DNA of 64,000 nucleotides from a virus (Duplodnaviria > Heunggongvirae > Uroviricota > Caudoviricetes): IMG/VR virus record IMGVR_UViG_2568526312_000010; one strand, given 5' to 3'. Below, one piece after another: positions 61,528 to 64,000 of the stretch. The translations under genes were made by a program, and so were the position numbers. The first letter of the stretch is position 1; the number at the start of each line of letters is the position of its first letter. A model generated the notes under the pieces. The model worked only from the letters and a program-made list of their open reading frames with translations. It was not told where the DNA came from and made no database searches.

Positions 61528-61989
61528 TCACAGGTGATTCTCCAGACGAAGACCCAGAACACCGGCAATCTCTTCCAGCACCTTGCGCTCTTCCGGCTCA
61601 ATTTCGCCGTCTGCCTCCGCAATGGCCACCGCCACATCCAGCACATCTTCCGCTTCACGCGTATCGTGTTTCACATCCTCGATCTCACGTAACGCCGCAC
61701 GACGACCAGTTTTAAAGTTCGTATCCAGCTGACCGATAATGGTTGCGCTAATCGCATTAATTTCTGACGTAAACGCGGACAGCGCAGGCTGATTACGCAG
61801 TACCTGTTCGATCTTCGCTTTCTCGGATGCCTCACATTCACCATCTGCACAGGCCACCAGGTATGCGGCGTTAATCACCACCTGTGCCAGATCGCGTTTT
61901 TCAAACTTTTTAATTTCCGTTGCCGCTCTGCGGGCTTTTTTTACCAAAAATACCAAACATCGTGACGTTCCTTTGGGTGGGTGAGCCAA
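61528..61989 (-). CDS. TerB-like protein, 5' end frameshifted relative to prophage 1 copy (possible pseudogene or alternative start)
   Basis: conserved ATG at 61960 reads MFGIFGKKSPQSGNGN-stop because of a 1-nt insertion in an A-run; longest ORF uses an upstream ATG. Confidence 0.5.
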   Translation of the reverse strand: MAHPPKGTSRCLVFLVKKARRAATEIKKFEKRDLAQVVINAAYLVACADGECEASEKAKIEQVLRNQPALSAFTSEINAISATIIGQLDTNFKTGRRAALREIEDVKHDTREAEDVLDVAVAIAEADGEIEPEERKVLEEIAGVLGLRLENHL

Positions 61990-62131
61990 CGCCCGGGAGC
62001 GATCTGCCCACAGAGAAAGTCACACTGACCACTCCGTAAGCTCCCCCCCCCGAAAGGCTCTGTGGTTGGTATGTGCCGGGCGTGGCGCAGATACAAAAAA
62101 GGCCCGCAAAAGCGAGCCGGGAAAATAAGTG

Positions 62132-62208
62132 TGGCGCGTTGTACTGGAGTCGAACCAGTGACCGATTGCTTAGAAGGCAATTGCTCTGTCCTGCTGAGCT
62201 AAAAACGC
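62132..62208 (-). tRNA. tRNA-Arg (anticodon TCT), variant allele
   Basis: same cloverleaf as copy 1 with compensatory T-stem change and one acceptor-stem T-C mismatch. Confidence 0.7.
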
Positions 62209-62221
62209 AGAATACCGATAA

Positions 62222-62298
62222 TGGACCGCCATCGGAGACTCGAACCCCGCGAAACCAGCTTCGAAGGCTGGCGTTCTATCCCGATGAGCTAATGGCGG
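62222..62298 (-). tRNA. tRNA-Arg (anticodon TCG)
   Basis: acceptor CCGCCAT/ATGGCGG, anticodon loop CTTCGAA, T-loop TTCGAGT, CCA end. Confidence 0.7.
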
Positions 62299-62305
62299 TA
62301 TGTGA

Positions 62306-62381
62306 TGGTGGCCCTTGCTGGATTTGAACCAGCGGCCTGGCGATTATGAGTCGCTCGCTCTCACCACTGAGCTAAAGGGCC
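62306..62381 (-). tRNA. tRNA-Ile2-like (anticodon CAT)
   Basis: near-identical to the copy at 13153..13228. Confidence 0.8.
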
Positions 62382-62501
62382 GGGCGCAGGATAATAACGT
62401 TACGAAATCAATGTTGCAAGCATTCAAGAATCACCTGGTTAAAAATTACCCTTACTTCCTCCACCAGCGCATTCACCATGTCTATCCGAGATAAGTGGCA
62501 C

Positions 62502-62530
62502 AAAAAAACCCGCTTGTGGGCGGGTTTTGT
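62502..62530 (-). terminator. tR'-like intrinsic terminator downstream of Q (prophage 2)
   Basis: minus strand CCCGCCCACAAGCGGG hairpin followed by T7, about 60 bp after the Q stop. Confidence 0.6.
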
Positions 62531-62591
62531 TTGCTTTTGCCATCACGTACAAAATCGGCAAAATATCAGATTTGCATGAAATATATGCCTT

Positions 62592-63287
62592 TCAATCTAC
62601 TTTTGCAACACTTTGCTTTGAAAATGCCGCCTTTTGTTTTGAACGCGTTCTCATTACAAACAATAAAGCCTCACTATCCAGTCGGTGAAAAATGTGTTTC
62701 ATTGCAACCCAGTGACGAGTAAATGTTTTGGACCAGTTTTTAGTTGTCACTCCCACCAGTAATGCCAGCTCCTTGTATTCATAACCTTCCCCACCAAAAA
62801 GTTCTGCTTTTACTGCCTGCGCCGCCAGCCAGATTAATTTTTTCAGGCGTTCCTGCGTTTTCCCTGCAATTTTTCTGGTACCGGATTGAGTATTAAATTC
62901 ATTCCACGCCCACTGTGTTATCGCGATCTGATATTCCCAACAAATACTCCCGCTGTAACACCACAACAACCAGGCTTTATGATGTTCTTCAAGAGACAGA
63001 ACAGCCCGCCGCCACGATGATGTCGAAAACTCAACCGGACTGACCAGAGGAATTGACGTCACCTTCGCCAGCGATTGCTTTCCCGGGATTGGTGGATTAT
63101 CCCGCGTTATCATTTTTCCAGTCACTTCATCGCGGTACCGGATTTTTTTTCGCCTGTAACGCCCTGTATCGAACATGGCATTCTCCTGCCAGGCTTCAAG
63201 CTGACCTTTTGTTGCCCCACTCAAATCAGCGGTGGCGATAATGAGCTGCTCACGCACAAACTGTAAATAGTGGTTATTCATGCGCAC
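62592..63287 (-). CDS. late antiterminator Q-like protein (allele 2, unrelated in sequence to allele 1)
   Basis: 231 aa in the same slot as 14528..15094. Confidence 0.5.
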   Translation of the reverse strand: MRMNNHYLQFVREQLIIATADLSGATKGQLEAWQENAMFDTGRYRRKKIRYRDEVTGKMITRDNPPIPGKQSLAKVTSIPLVSPVEFSTSSWRRAVLSLEEHHKAWLLWCYSGSICWEYQIAITQWAWNEFNTQSGTRKIAGKTQERLKKLIWLAAQAVKAELFGGEGYEYKELALLVGVTTKNWSKTFTRHWVAMKHIFHRLDSEALLFVMRTRSKQKAAFSKQSVAKVD

Positions 63288-63637
63288 TCCAGTTCTGTGA
63301 TTTTTATCCCCAGCCGCTCACCAGGAACGAGCTGACCGCGCACAATATTGATTTCATCAAACTGCTCGTCGTCTATGAGAAGTCCGGCATGCGTCAGCAC
63401 ATCCAGTGGTGCTTTCAGGATATTGTCCAGGTCACGACGGCGCTTATCCGGTGGCTCTGCAATAATCTTTATCACCAGCCTTCCGGACAGGTTTAATTTC
63501 AGCCGCTGCTGGCGAACAATAAGTGCCACATCCCGGCGATAACGCTCACCGGCTTTTGATACAAAATATGTGCTGCCACGACGTCGCCAGTAGGTGTTCA
63601 CCGTCGGCGGGTAAGGCAAAACAAACTCTATACGCAT
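63278..63637 (-). CDS. rusA: Holliday-junction resolvase RusA (full length)
   Basis: 119 aa, RusA motifs, intact C-terminus. Confidence 0.85.
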   Translation of the reverse strand: MRIEFVLPYPPTVNTYWRRRGSTYFVSKAGERYRRDVALIVRQQRLKLNLSGRLVIKIIAEPPDKRRRDLDNILKAPLDVLTHAGLLIDDEQFDEINIVRGQLVPGERLGIKITELECA

Positions 63638-63649
63638 CAGTAACCTCTT

Positions 63650-64000
63650 TTACCCGAGCACGCCGGTTGCAAAGGCGTGATCAAGAAAACGAAAAATTAA
63701 ATCAACCTGGGAACCATGCTTTTCTTCGAACGCCAGCGGATCCGCATGAAGCTCGTTGTGATGCTCCCGACACAGCGGTAGCGTGAAAATATCGTGGGAT
63801 TTTGTTCCCATTCCGCCCTGACCATGACCAATCAGATGATGAGGATCGTCCGCTGGCTTACCACAACACGCACACGGCTGTGTCTTTACCCAGCGTGTGT
63901 ATTTCTCATTTACCCAGCGGCGACGTTTAGGTCGTTTCATGAAGGATTCCGGAGACTCCGGATCAACGGCAATGCTGACCACCGTCTTTTCCTGTGGTGG
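63650..64000 (-). CDS. DUF968 (YdfU-like) protein, 5' end beyond window
   Basis: C-terminal 110 aa identical to 15463..16566 copy. Confidence 0.65.
   Translation of the reverse strand, partial: PPQEKTVVSIAVDPESPESFMKRPKRRRWVNEKYTRWVKTQPCACCGKPADDPHHLIGHGQGGMGTKSHDIFTLPLCREHHNELHADPLAFEEKHGSQVDLIFRFLDHAFATGVLG

Larger units (their letters stand above)
56697..62383. repeat. direct repeat copy 2 (Ant to tRNA module)
   Basis: see copy 1. Confidence 0.9.

Noticed and set aside
7545-62383. Repeat offset of exactly 49152 bp (3 x 2^14) between the shared modules
   Set aside because: Considered as a sign of an artificial construct or assembly artefact; offsets vary outside the identical block (49147 at Rz1, 49153 after an indel, 48187 at rusA), so it is most likely coincidence. 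Cannot be settled from sequence alone.

Overview
The window holds parts of two tandemly arranged lambdoid prophages from an Escherichia coli (EHEC-like) genome, both with their late operons on the minus strand, separated by a nested IS-element junction. Prophage 1 (about 1-27400) has a Qin-like backbone with lambda-type head genes: gpC/B/W/A/Nu1, a lambda-type cosN, an S21-like holin/SAR-endolysin/Rz-Rz1 lysis cassette with an embedded antirepressor-like gene, NanS-p esterase, a TerB-like gene, a tRNA cluster, an AraC-family regulator behind tR', Q, RusA, a DUF968 protein, a hok toxin, P/O-like replication genes with origin iterons inside O, a cro/cI immunity switch, the DicF sRNA with dicB/ydfD, and a 5'-truncated integrase. 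The junction (27800-31600) is an IS256-family element interrupted by an ISEc8-like IS66-family element with an 8-bp target duplication. Prophage 2 (31650 to beyond 64000) carries two NleG effector genes, a side tail fibre with collagen-like repeats, lom, J, an IS629 at a deleted L-K-I region, lambda-like tail genes with a G-T frameshift site, HK97-type head genes (portal with C-terminal tandem repeats, protease-capsid fusion, terminase, HNH), and a near-identical second copy of the Rz-to-tRNA module followed by a different Q allele, intact rusA and DUF968. No stx, rRNA or CRISPR array was found. All calls are from reading the six-frame translations and the nucleotide sequence by eye and from memory of protein families; no database search or folding program was run. 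The most interesting unexplained items are an unrecognisable two-gene cassette downstream of cI, paired antisense terminator-bounded units between holin and nanS-p, and a 414-aa unknown protein next to the truncated integrase.
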